Source: an uncultured Planctomycetia bacterium (GTDB lineage: Bacteria; Omnitrophota; Gorgyraeia; Gorgyraeales; Gorgyraeaceae). From it: a stretch of DNA of 43,253 bases. Shown here piece after piece: positions 1-8,111 of the stretch. Within the stretch, counting starts at the first letter, position 1, and every line of letters begins with the position of its first letter. The translations under genes and the position numbers were made by a program. The notes beneath the pieces are model-generated. The model searched no databases. It saw nothing but the letters and a program-made list of their open reading frames with translations, and was not told the DNA's origin. The DNA lies in contig CAYZNX010000001.1 in assembly GCA_964479825.1 (NCBI GenBank), positions 1 to 43,253 on the forward strand, given 5' to 3'.

Positions 1-115
1 GAAGGCTGGGTTCCTGCAGCCAGCGGGTGGCTGCCAAGACGAAGTCCTTGCCCGAGCGCAGCGCACGCAAGCGAGCACGGGCGAGGTGGATTGGCAGACA
101 GGACCCGTTGACCTT
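1..115. repeat. GC-rich dispersed repeat copy, truncated by the window edge
   Basis: Bases 1-19 (gaaggctgggttcctgcag) match 17522-17540 exactly. The segment is much more GC-rich than the flanking AT-rich DNA and contains the short palindrome gcagcca/tggctgc. Confidence 0.55.
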
Positions 116-171
116 AGAGAAGCAATATTACCTACGTTAACTCACCGGTTACACTAATTCATGCAATCTTA

Positions 172-200
172 TTGTCAAGCCTCATCCTATGTGATATAAT
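172..200 (+). promoter_or_regulatory. Near-consensus sigma70-type promoter with extended -10
   Basis: TTGTCA at 172-177, a 17-nt spacer, then TGaTATAAT (TG at 192-193, TATAAT at 195-200). The first ATG of the downstream ORF is at 211, which implies a very short or absent leader. Confidence 0.55.
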
Positions 201-210
201 CAGTAAATAT

Positions 211-396
211 ATGAGCAATGTGCTAAAATTAACTAACCATAACCCAAAGAAAGAGATAGAATTCGAGCTTAAGTTCCTTAGATCTCTTTCGGTCAAAGAT
301 AGATTTAAATTAATGTTCAAAAAGACCGAAGAGACGCTCGAGCTTTTAAGGAAAAGTGGACACAGAAGGCCTTCTCAAATCATTAAAAGAACATAA
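211..396 (+). CDS. Small hypothetical protein of 61 aa from the ATG at 211
   Basis: The ORF track gives 172..396. The promoter occupies 172-200, so the internal ATG at 211 (MSNVLKL...) is the plausible start. No recognisable motif. It overlaps the next gene by 41 nt. Confidence 0.35.
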   Translation: MSNVLKLTNHNPKKEIEFELKFLRSLSVKDRFKLMFKKTEETLELLRKSGHRRPSQIIKRT

Positions 397-796
397 GGTT
401 AAATTTGTAGTGATTGGCGCAACTGCGTTTCCTGTCTATGGGTATGTCCGCACAACCCTGGATATAGATATTTTTATAGAGCCGGCCGAGGTGAATGCCA
501 AAAGGACTTGGTCGGCCTTAAAGGCTTTCGGATATGATGTCAGTGATATAAAAATCAGGGATTTACTTAAGAAAAAGCTGCTTATCCGCCAGTATGCAGT
601 GGAAACCGACATTCACCCTTTTGTTAAGGGAATAAGTTTTGATAGGGTATGGAGAAATAAAATCAGGGCGAAATTCGGCAATACCTTCGTTAATTTCCCA
701 TCCTTAAGCGATTTGATAAAAATGAAACGAGCTGCCCGCAGGACAAAAGACCTCGAAGACCTCAAGTATTTAACAAAATTAAAGCGCAAAAAATGA
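356..796 (+). CDS. Minimal nucleotidyltransferase-fold protein (pol-beta-like superfamily), function unknown
   Basis: VIGATAFPVYGYVRTTLDIDIFIEP fits the NTase signature hG[GSA]-x(9-14)-D-h-D-h. It is 146 aa with a GTG start and a basic C-terminal tail. Confidence 0.5.
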   Translation: MDTEGLLKSLKEHKVKFVVIGATAFPVYGYVRTTLDIDIFIEPAEVNAKRTWSALKAFGYDVSDIKIRDLLKKKLLIRQYAVETDIHPFVKGISFDRVWRNKIRAKFGNTFVNFPSLSDLIKMKRAARRTKDLEDLKYLTKLKRKK

Positions 797-830
797 TACT
801 GCTCTTCACCTTTGCGAATGAATTTCTTCC

Positions 831-860
831 TTGACACACCCCCCGCCAACAATATAGAAT
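831..860 (+). promoter_or_regulatory. Candidate sigma70-type promoter upstream of the regulator gene
   Basis: TTGACA at 831-836, an 18-nt spacer, TAGAAT at 855-860. It lies in the 147-bp gap before the ORF at 944. Confidence 0.4.
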
Positions 861-897
861 ACTATCGTTCATCTTTAGAACAATATTACCCTCCATG

Positions 898-938
898 TCA
901 TTGCGAGGAGGAGTGAAGCGACGACGAAGCAATCTCTA
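898..938. repeat. Short GC-rich inverted-repeat element (cattgcgag ... gaagcaatc)
   Basis: The sequence is tcattgcgaggaggagtgaagcgacgacgaagcaatctc. The ends attgc/gcaat are complementary. The 10-mer tcattgcgag recurs at 17567-17576 inside the repeat cluster there. Confidence 0.45.
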
Positions 939-943
939 CTTAA

Positions 944-1558
944 ATGATTGAAACTCAAGACAAATTTCTAAAACCCACCGAGCATCTACGGAATCTACAA
1001 TTATTAGAAGAAATATCCCAGGATTCTACCATATCCCAGCGCAAACTTTCCACCCGCCTCGGCGTAGCTTTAGGAGTTACGAATGCCTGCCTGAAAAAGA
1101 TGATAAGAAAAGGCCATATCAAGGTCAAAGGCATCAATCATAAAAGGATTGCCTATTATCTTACCCCCGAAGGTTTTATAGAAAAGAGCCGCCTGACCTA
1201 TAATTTTCTACAGCATACAGTTACTTATTATAGAAGCCTTAAGAAAAATATTATTGCAAAGTTTGATTTAATTTCAAAATCAGGGATTAAACGAATATTA
1301 TTTTATGGCGCAGGAGAGGTGATGGAGGTGGCTTTTATCTGTCTGAAGGAAACAAATTTTGAGCTCGTTGGAATAATAGATGATTCCAAGGATAAGCAGG
1401 GGAGAAAGATATTCGGATTCACTATTTTAAAGCCAGAAGATATAAAATCATTAAAACCGGAAGCAGTATTAATTACCTCAATCAGATATAGAGACAAGAT
1501 CCTTAGTAACTTTAAACAGAATAGGCTGTTGAACGGTTTGAGTATTTCTACGCTATAG
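944..1558 (+). CDS. EPS-associated MarR-type winged-helix regulator fused to a Rossmann-like C-terminal domain
   Basis: The N-terminus (LQLLEEISQDSTISQRKLSTRLGVALGVTNACLKKMIRKGHIKV) is a wHTH typical of exopolysaccharide-locus MarR regulators. The C-terminus (ILFYGAGEVMEVAF...VGIIDDSKDKQGRKIFGFTILKPEDI) is a NeuD-N-terminal-like nucleotide-binding domain. Confidence 0.6.
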   Translation: MIETQDKFLKPTEHLRNLQLLEEISQDSTISQRKLSTRLGVALGVTNACLKKMIRKGHIKVKGINHKRIAYYLTPEGFIEKSRLTYNFLQHTVTYYRSLKKNIIAKFDLISKSGIKRILFYGAGEVMEVAFICLKETNFELVGIIDDSKDKQGRKIFGFTILKPEDIKSLKPEAVLITSIRYRDKILSNFKQNRLLNGLSISTL

Positions 1559-1564
1559 ATATAT

Positions 1565-2554
1565 ATGGATTTATTTAATCGAGCTAATTTAAATATTAAA
1601 TCTCTGTCGGAGAGGGAGCATGGCTTGGACCTTTCAATTGTGAAGCAGCTGGATACTGCGAAAAAAGTTGCTGTAGATAAGAAAATGCGTGAAGTTTGTA
1701 AGCGTATTATAGATGCTAAAAGAAAACATAGCGCAGTCATTTTTATGATGGGTGCCCATGTTATCAGGTCAGGTGTTCAGAATTATATTATCGACCTCAT
1801 GAAGAAGGGATATATATCATGCGTCTCCATGAATGGGGCCGGGATGATCCATGATTTTGAATTTTCGTTGATAGGAGCTACCACAGAAAGCGTAAGCCGG
1901 TATATAAAAGAAGGTCAATTTGGCCTATGGAACGAAACAGGGACATTGAATGATATTATTAATAAGGCTTATGCTGAAAATAGTGCCACAGGAATGGGAG
2001 TGGCTGTTGGTAAATATATTGAAGAAAAAAATCTTCCCAACAGGTCTATCAGTATTCTGGCTTGCGGTTATCGTCTTAATCTTCCTGTTACAGTCCATGT
2101 AGGTATAGGTTATGATATTATACATGAGCATTCAAATTGTGACGGCGCAGCTACAGGCGCGTTGTCCTATAATGACTTCTTGAAGTTTGTGTCGGTAGTG
2201 CAGAATCTTGAAGGCGGGGTGGTCATGAATTTTGGAAGCTCAATAATGGCACCAGAGGTTTTCCTTAAGGCGTTAAGCATGGTTCGCAATGCAGCCAGGC
2301 AGAACAGAAAAGAAATCAGGCATTTTACGACCCTTGTTTGCGATATCGCGGATATCCCCGGGGATTTCAGAAAAGAACCGTCAAAGGACGACCCGAAATA
2401 CTATTTCAGGCCATGGAAGACAATGCTGGTCCGTACGGTAGCCGATGGCGGGGAGGGTTTTTATGTAAAAGGCCGTCATGCCGACACCATCCCGAGTTTA
2501 TGGAACTCTATTAATAAATTGGAGGCAGAGGTTGGGACGAATAGTCGATTTTAA
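1565..2554 (+). CDS. Conserved hypothetical protein, possibly with a deoxyhypusine-synthase-like fold
   Basis: A 329-aa ORF with coding-like composition. MGAHVIRSGVQNYIIDLMKKGYISCVSMNGAGMIHDFE is reminiscent of DHS-like NAD-binding folds. I cannot assign a function. Confidence 0.3.
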   Translation: MDLFNRANLNIKSLSEREHGLDLSIVKQLDTAKKVAVDKKMREVCKRIIDAKRKHSAVIFMMGAHVIRSGVQNYIIDLMKKGYISCVSMNGAGMIHDFEFSLIGATTESVSRYIKEGQFGLWNETGTLNDIINKAYAENSATGMGVAVGKYIEEKNLPNRSISILACGYRLNLPVTVHVGIGYDIIHEHSNCDGAATGALSYNDFLKFVSVVQNLEGGVVMNFGSSIMAPEVFLKALSMVRNAARQNRKEIRHFTTLVCDIADIPGDFRKEPSKDDPKYYFRPWKTMLVRTVADGGEGFYVKGRHADTIPSLWNSINKLEAEVGTNSRF

Positions 2555-3008
2555 TTCGCTGGTAGAAAAGGCAAAGAAATTTAAGCACAAAAAGAAAAAG
2601 GTTGTGTTATGCCATGGATGTTTTGACTTGATGCATCCCGGCCATATAAAATATTTCCAGGCAGCTAAAAAAATGGGGGATATCCTAGTCGTTACCGTTA
2701 CGCCCGACAGGTTCGTAGATAAAGGCCAGGCCAGACCGGTATTTACTGAGAACTTAAGGGCAGATTCCATAGCTGCCTTAGAATGCGTTGATTATGTAGC
2801 TATTAACAAATGGCCTACAGCCAATGAACTACTGAGATTATTAAAACCTGATATCTATGTCAAGGGCCAGGAATTTGAGCACTTGGAAGACAAAACAGGT
2901 AAAATTCAGAAAGAGTATGAGATTGCAAAAGAGATAGGTGTCCAGGTCAAGTTTACCCATGAAGTAGTTTTTTCTTCAACTGAACTAATAAATAAATATT
3001 TCAAGTGA
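2532..3008 (+). CDS. Stand-alone cytidylyltransferase-fold protein, RfaE-domain-II-like (heptose-1-phosphate adenylyltransferase-like)
   Basis: The HxGH motif (CHGCFDLMHPGH) and ...RPVFTENLRADSIAALECVDYV...KPDIYVKG match the HldE C-terminal domain pattern. I favour the TTG at 2532, which has GGAGG at 2521-2525. The ORF-track ATG at 2478 would overlap the upstream gene by 77 nt. Confidence 0.7.
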   Translation: MGRIVDFNSLVEKAKKFKHKKKKVVLCHGCFDLMHPGHIKYFQAAKKMGDILVVTVTPDRFVDKGQARPVFTENLRADSIAALECVDYVAINKWPTANELLRLLKPDIYVKGQEFEHLEDKTGKIQKEYEIAKEIGVQVKFTHEVVFSSTELINKYFK

Positions 3009-3020
3009 GGAAGAGTGGCT

Positions 3021-4553
3021 ATGGAAAAGTTAATCAGAAAAAAGATATTACCTTTTAAGGACCTTATTAATAAAGCAAGGCAACTTAAAGAAAAAGGGAA
3101 GGTTATTGTCCACAGTCACGGCGTGTTTGACCTTCTCCATCCCGGGCATATTCAGCATTTTAATTTAGCTAAAAAAGAAGGGGATGTTCTTATTGTGACG
3201 GTTATAAGGGATAGGTGCGTCAAAATCGGCCCTGACAGGCCTGTTTTTAATGAGCAATTGCGGGCAGAGACACTGGCATCCCTTGCTGTTGTTGATTATG
3301 TTCATATTATTGATTCATCCAATGCTGTTGAGTGCATAAAAAGGCTTAAGCCTGATGTTTATGCAAGAGGCATTGATTATAAGCAAACAGAGAATGATAT
3401 AAGTGGCAGGATTTATGAAGAAGAAGAGGCAGTAAAATCTGTCGGGGGCAAGCTGGTATTTACAAACGGCATTACATTCAGTTCTTCAAAATTGATAAAC
3501 GATTATGTGGATGTATATCCCCCGAGAACCGTTAAATATTTAAAGGCAATCGGCAGGAGGTATCCAATAGATTTTATAATCGAAAAATTATATTCGCTGA
3601 AAAAATTAAACGTATTGGTAATAGGAGATGCTATTATAGATCAGTACCATTATTGCCTGCCGATGGGCAAATCCTCAAAAGAGCATCTCGTTGTTAATAG
3701 ATATGTATCAGAAGAACTGTTTGCCGGCGGAGTCATGGCAACGGCAAATAATGTGGCAAGTCTTTGCGATAAGGTTGATTTGGTTACTTTGTTAGGGAAG
3801 AGACAGACCTTTCAGGATTTTATCCAGAATCATTTAAGCCCAAACGTAAATCCTGTATTTTTCTACAGGCCAGACGCCGAAACTATTATAAAGAGGAGGT
3901 TTATAAGTGAAGGGGTAAATACGAAATTATTCGAGATATGCTATATAAGGGACGACTACATCGCGAGCGAACAAGAGGCAAGGATAATGAGATATCTTGA
4001 TAAGGTGATTGGAAATTATGACCTGGTTGTTGTCTCTGATTTTGGGCATGGTTTTCTTACAAAGAAGATTATCAAACTTATTTGTTCAAAGGCAGGGTAC
4101 CTCGCCTTGAATGTCCAGACGAATAGCGCGAACATAGGATTTAACCTCGTGACCAAATATCCACGCGCGGACTGCGTATGCGTTGATGAGATGGAGCTTC
4201 GCTTTGCCACACATGATAAGTATGGCGACTTGCGGACGCACGCCAAGAAGGTATATCAGGATTTAGGATGCGAATATATAATAGCTACGCGGGGTCCGTG
4301 TGGCTCTCTGGCTTATTCTAAATCGGGCGGATTTCATGAGACACCAGCGTTTTCATACCGTGTTATTGATGCAATAGGCGCAGGCGATGCCTTCTTCGCC
4401 TTTATAGCACCATGTTTTGCAGGAGGGATGCCGCAGGATATAGTTTCTTTTATCGGGAACGCAGTAGGTTCACTGGCGGTTCAGATAATATGTAACAGGG
4501 AACCTGTTAAATTTGAAGATCTGGTTAAATTTATCACAAGGTTATTAAAATGA
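3021..4553 (+). CDS. Bifunctional HldE-like protein with reversed domain order: N-terminal adenylyltransferase plus C-terminal PfkB sugar kinase
   Basis: The N-terminus has HSHGVFDLLHPGH (HxGH). The C-terminus has the PfkB signature DAIGAGDAF and the ribokinase-like VLVIGDAIIDQY. The ATG at 3021 has GAGGAAG 7 nt upstream. The ORF track starts at the GTG at 3015. Confidence 0.75.
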   Translation: MEKLIRKKILPFKDLINKARQLKEKGKVIVHSHGVFDLLHPGHIQHFNLAKKEGDVLIVTVIRDRCVKIGPDRPVFNEQLRAETLASLAVVDYVHIIDSSNAVECIKRLKPDVYARGIDYKQTENDISGRIYEEEEAVKSVGGKLVFTNGITFSSSKLINDYVDVYPPRTVKYLKAIGRRYPIDFIIEKLYSLKKLNVLVIGDAIIDQYHYCLPMGKSSKEHLVVNRYVSEELFAGGVMATANNVASLCDKVDLVTLLGKRQTFQDFIQNHLSPNVNPVFFYRPDAETIIKRRFISEGVNTKLFEICYIRDDYIASEQEARIMRYLDKVIGNYDLVVVSDFGHGFLTKKIIKLICSKAGYLALNVQTNSANIGFNLVTKYPRADCVCVDEMELRFATHDKYGDLRTHAKKVYQDLGCEYIIATRGPCGSLAYSKSGGFHETPAFSYRVIDAIGAGDAFFAFIAPCFAGGMPQDIVSFIGNAVGSLAVQIICNREPVKFEDLVKFITRLLK

Positions 4554-5143
4554 AAAGCTATATAAGGGAAAATCGTGAAACGTTTAAAGGATTGTTGGAT
4601 AATATTATTGTTACTGATCGTTCAAATTCTCTTTCTCATTTAGACGATGCATTTGAAAAGTCTATAAATATGATTATTGGGCGTGCTAAATCTGGCGGAA
4701 AACTTTTATTCATCGGTAACGGCGGAAGCTCTTCGATTGCAAGCCATATGGCTATTGATTTTTGGAAAAATGGGGGTGTACGAGCCCTTGCCTTTAATGA
4801 TGGCGTTCTCTTGACCTGTCTTAGCAATGATTACGGATACGAACACGTATTTGAAAAATCAATCGAGATGTTTGCAGAAGAAAAAGATATTTTGATTGCT
4901 ATCAGTAGTTCTGGTAAATCTGAGAATATTTTACGTGGTGTAACGGCCGCGAGTAAAAAGGGATTAAAGATTATGACTCTTTCAGGGTTCGATAAAGATA
5001 ATCCACTGAGGAGATTAGGGGATATAAACTTTTATGTGCCCTCAGTGAATTACGGGCACGTGGAAATAATGCACCTTTCTATCTGCCATTGTTTCGTTGA
5101 TACAATTATAGAGTTGAAAAATGGATCTATACAGGATAGATAG
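4550..5143 (+). CDS. gmhA: Sedoheptulose-7-phosphate isomerase (SIS domain)
   Basis: LLFIGNGGSSSIASHMAIDF and ISSSGKSENIL are GmhA/SIS hallmarks. It is 197 aa and sits next to the HldE-like gene. Confidence 0.8.
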   Translation: MKSYIRENRETFKGLLDNIIVTDRSNSLSHLDDAFEKSINMIIGRAKSGGKLLFIGNGGSSSIASHMAIDFWKNGGVRALAFNDGVLLTCLSNDYGYEHVFEKSIEMFAEEKDILIAISSSGKSENILRGVTAASKKGLKIMTLSGFDKDNPLRRLGDINFYVPSVNYGHVEIMHLSICHCFVDTIIELKNGSIQDR

Positions 5144-6188
5144 CCACAAACTTATTTATCATGTTCATCGCGTTCATGATTGGTTGGACGGAAAGTTAAT
5201 TTATCCTCTCTATATGGAGATAGGCCCTGCCGGAGCGTGCAACCACCGGTGCACATATTGCGGACTTGATTTCATGGAATACCAGCCTAGATATCTGGAT
5301 GCCGGGATGCTAAAAGAAAGACTTTCAGAATTAGGGAAGCTGGGGTTAAAAAGCATTATGTATGCAGGAGAAGGAGAGCCGTTTTTACACAAGGATATAA
5401 CAGACATAATTGGCCATACAAAAAATTCAGGAATAGATGTAGCAGTAACTACAAATGGGGTGTTATTTAAAAGAGAGATTGCCAATAATACCCTTGGCTA
5501 TATGGAGTGGATTAAGGTAGGTCTTGAGGGGGCGACTAAAGAAACGTACGCAAAAATACACCGTTGTAACCCCGACGATTTTGATAAAGTCATTAGCAAT
5601 ATATCATATGTTGCTGAATTAAAAAGAAGAGAAAAATATAACTGTACCCTGGGCGTGCAGTTTTTGTTGTTGCCTGAAAATTGCCATGAAGTAGTTAGTC
5701 TAGCCAAGATGGCCAGGGATATCGGCCTGGACTACCTGGTGGTAAAGCCCTATTCACAGCATATTCAAAGCAAGACAACAATATACAGTTCTGTCAAATA
5801 TAGTGATTATGAATACCTCAAGGATGAGTTAGAGAAATTCAACACAAATGGTTTCAACGTTATATTCAGGATACATACGATGGAAAAATGGGACAACAAG
5901 GGGCGAAATTATAAGCGTTGTTTTGCGCTTCCGTTCTGGTCATATATAGACGCCGGAGGCAATGTCTGGGGGTGTAGTGTCTACCTCGGTGATAAAAGGT
6001 TTTTATACGGTAATATTTATGAACAATCATTTAAAGACATCTGGGAAGGGGAAAAACGCTTGCAGTCGCTTCGTTGGGCTGAAGAAGAACTTGATATTTC
6101 TCAGTGTAGGATCAACTGCAGGATGGATGAGATAAATAGATATCTCTGGGATTTAAGAAGTTTCCCTGCACATGTGAATTTTATATAA
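5121..6188 (+). CDS. Radical SAM enzyme with a Cys-rich (SPASM/twitch-like) C-terminal region
   Basis: CxxxCxxC is present in GACNHRCTYCG, followed by GEGEPFL. C-terminal cysteines occur in CFALPFW...GNVWGCSVY...CRINCR. The protein ends in HVNFI. Confidence 0.8.
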   Translation: MDLYRIDSHKLIYHVHRVHDWLDGKLIYPLYMEIGPAGACNHRCTYCGLDFMEYQPRYLDAGMLKERLSELGKLGLKSIMYAGEGEPFLHKDITDIIGHTKNSGIDVAVTTNGVLFKREIANNTLGYMEWIKVGLEGATKETYAKIHRCNPDDFDKVISNISYVAELKRREKYNCTLGVQFLLLPENCHEVVSLAKMARDIGLDYLVVKPYSQHIQSKTTIYSSVKYSDYEYLKDELEKFNTNGFNVIFRIHTMEKWDNKGRNYKRCFALPFWSYIDAGGNVWGCSVYLGDKRFLYGNIYEQSFKDIWEGEKRLQSLRWAEEELDISQCRINCRMDEINRYLWDLRSFPAHVNFI

Positions 6189-6192
6189 TCAT

Positions 6193-7023
6193 ATGGATCA
6201 AAAACAGATGTTAGGTTTGCAAGAGAAGGTTAAAGAATTAAGAAGGTTGATATTGAAAACAATTTGTGAGGGTGGAGGAGGGCATATCCCTGCTTCGCTT
6301 TCAATCGTAGAGATATTGACTGTTCTTTACCACAATATCCTGAATATCGACCCCCGAAACCCTAAGGACCCTCAAAGAGATAGGTTCATATTGAGTAAAG
6401 GGCATGCCTGTGTGGCATTATATGTAATCCTTGCTGATAGAGGGTTCTTTGATAGACGGCACCTTAATACTTTTGGCAGGAGAGGAACAATCCTGGGCGG
6501 ACACCCGGATATGCACATGGTGCCGGGCGTTGAGGCTTCTACCGGGGCATTGGGTCATGGTTTTCCTTTTGGCGTAGGCATGGCATTGGCAGGCAGATTG
6601 GATAAAAGAAAATACCGCGTATTTATCCTTTTGGGCGATGGAGAATGCCAGGAAGGGTCTGTGTGGGAGGCCGCTCTTTTTGCGCCCCAACACAAGTTGG
6701 ATAATTTAGCAGTTATAATAGATTACAATAAATTGCAGGCAATGGACAGGCTGGAAAAAATAGTTTCATTAGAACCGCTGGCTGATAAATGGAAGGCGTT
6801 TGGATGGGAAGTGAGAGAAGTTGACGGGCATGATATTTCAGCACTGGAGGATGTTTTTAAGACAATCCCTTTTGTTTCAGATAAACCTAATATGATAATT
6901 GCCCATACGATTAAGGGCAAAGGGATTTCTTATATGGAAGGAGAGCCTCTCTGGCATTACCGCTTGCCTAATGCAGAGGAAATGAAGATTTTATGTAGTG
7001 AATTGGGGTTGAGTGATGTTTAG
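6193..7023 (+). CDS. Transketolase, N-terminal (ThDP-binding) subunit
   Basis: GGHIPASLSIVEIL, SKGHA and ILLGDGECQEGSVWEA are classic motifs of the transketolase N-terminal half. At 276 aa it is the split form. Confidence 0.85.
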   Translation: MDQKQMLGLQEKVKELRRLILKTICEGGGGHIPASLSIVEILTVLYHNILNIDPRNPKDPQRDRFILSKGHACVALYVILADRGFFDRRHLNTFGRRGTILGGHPDMHMVPGVEASTGALGHGFPFGVGMALAGRLDKRKYRVFILLGDGECQEGSVWEAALFAPQHKLDNLAVIIDYNKLQAMDRLEKIVSLEPLADKWKAFGWEVREVDGHDISALEDVFKTIPFVSDKPNMIIAHTIKGKGISYMEGEPLWHYRLPNAEEMKILCSELGLSDV

Positions 7024-7026
7024 AAA

Positions 7027-7968
7027 ATGAGAAACGCATATATATCTGCTTTATATGATTTAGCCAAGGAGAATAAACAGATACTTGCTCTGGTTGCTGA
7101 CAACGGCGCCATTGTTTATGATAAATACCGGCAGGACTTCTCTGATCAATTTATAAACTTTGGCATTTCTGAAGCAAACATGGTTAGTGTGGCGGCGGGA
7201 CTTGCTTGTTGTGGCAAGATACCTTTTGCCTATACCATCTCCTGCTTTATTACTATGCGGGCCTTTGAGCAGGTCAGGAACGACGTTTGCCTGCAGAGAA
7301 TGAACGTTAAGCTGGTAGGCATCGGGGCAGGTTTTGTCTATAGCAATTTAGGTCCTACACATCATGCTACAAAGGATATTGCCCTTATGCGCATTCTGCC
7401 TAATATGACAGTCTTTTCTCCTTGTGACGCATTAGAGACAGGATACGCCACGTTTGCAGCTGCGCAAATTAATGGTCCTGTATATCTGCGTTTGTCAACT
7501 GGTGGAACCCCGAAAATCTATAAAAAAGATTACGAATTTAAAGTTGGACGCGGAGTCACTATAAAAAAAGGCACAGATATTGCTATCATTGCTACCGGCG
7601 CTATAGTGCACGAGGTTCTGCAGGCAGTAGATGAGTTAGAAAGTTCTGGTATTTCCGTCAGGTTAATAAATATCCATACTATAAAACCCATTGATGAAGA
7701 GATTATTCTCAAGGCAGCCCAACAGACCCAGGCCGTCCTCACTGTTGAGGAGCATAGCATTTTAGGGGGATTAGGAAGTGCAGTAGCCGAAGTCCTGGCT
7801 GAAAATAATGGCCTACCCGTCAAATTTAAACGTTTGGGGTTAAATGGTGTTTTTGCTTCAGGGTATGGGTCTTATCAGGAGATGAAGCAGATGAACGGCC
7901 TCTCTAAAAAGGATATTGCGCGAGAAGCAATGGTCTTGCTTGAAGACAAGCCTAACCTGGTTAAATAG
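7027..7968 (+). CDS. Transketolase, C-terminal (pyrimidine-binding) subunit
   Basis: FINFGISEANMVSVAAGLA, GPTHHATKDIALMRILPNM and TVEEHSILGGLGSAV are present. It immediately follows the N-terminal subunit. Confidence 0.85.
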   Translation: MRNAYISALYDLAKENKQILALVADNGAIVYDKYRQDFSDQFINFGISEANMVSVAAGLACCGKIPFAYTISCFITMRAFEQVRNDVCLQRMNVKLVGIGAGFVYSNLGPTHHATKDIALMRILPNMTVFSPCDALETGYATFAAAQINGPVYLRLSTGGTPKIYKKDYEFKVGRGVTIKKGTDIAIIATGAIVHEVLQAVDELESSGISVRLINIHTIKPIDEEIILKAAQQTQAVLTVEEHSILGGLGSAVAEVLAENNGLPVKFKRLGLNGVFASGYGSYQEMKQMNGLSKKDIAREAMVLLEDKPNLVK

Positions 7969-8093
7969 AGTTTGTTGACAAACTCTGATTACAGTGATTT
8001 TTAAAAGATTACAGAGATTGATCTCGGCGAGACTTAATCGCTGTAATCTCATCTTTTATCTCTGTAATCAAGGCTGTTGCCGTTAGGCAACAG
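7968..8093. promoter_or_regulatory. Highly structured intergenic region with nested GATTACAG inverted repeats and two further hairpins
   Basis: Palindrome gagtttgt (7968-7975) / acaaactc (7978-7985). GATTACAG at 7987-7994 and 8007-8014, with its complement CTGTAATC at 8041-8048 and 8062-8069. Hairpin ctgttgcc-gtta-ggcaacag at 8074-8093. Confidence 0.5.
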
Positions 8094-8111
8094 ACTCAAA
8101 TAAGGCAAGAT

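Noticed and set aside
613-1740. Minus-strand ORFs at 613..852, 955..1137 and 1303..1740.
   Set aside because: They are antisense to plus-strand ORFs with clear domain signatures. Their translations are hydrophobic or low-complexity with no motifs, and all supported genes in the window are on the plus strand.
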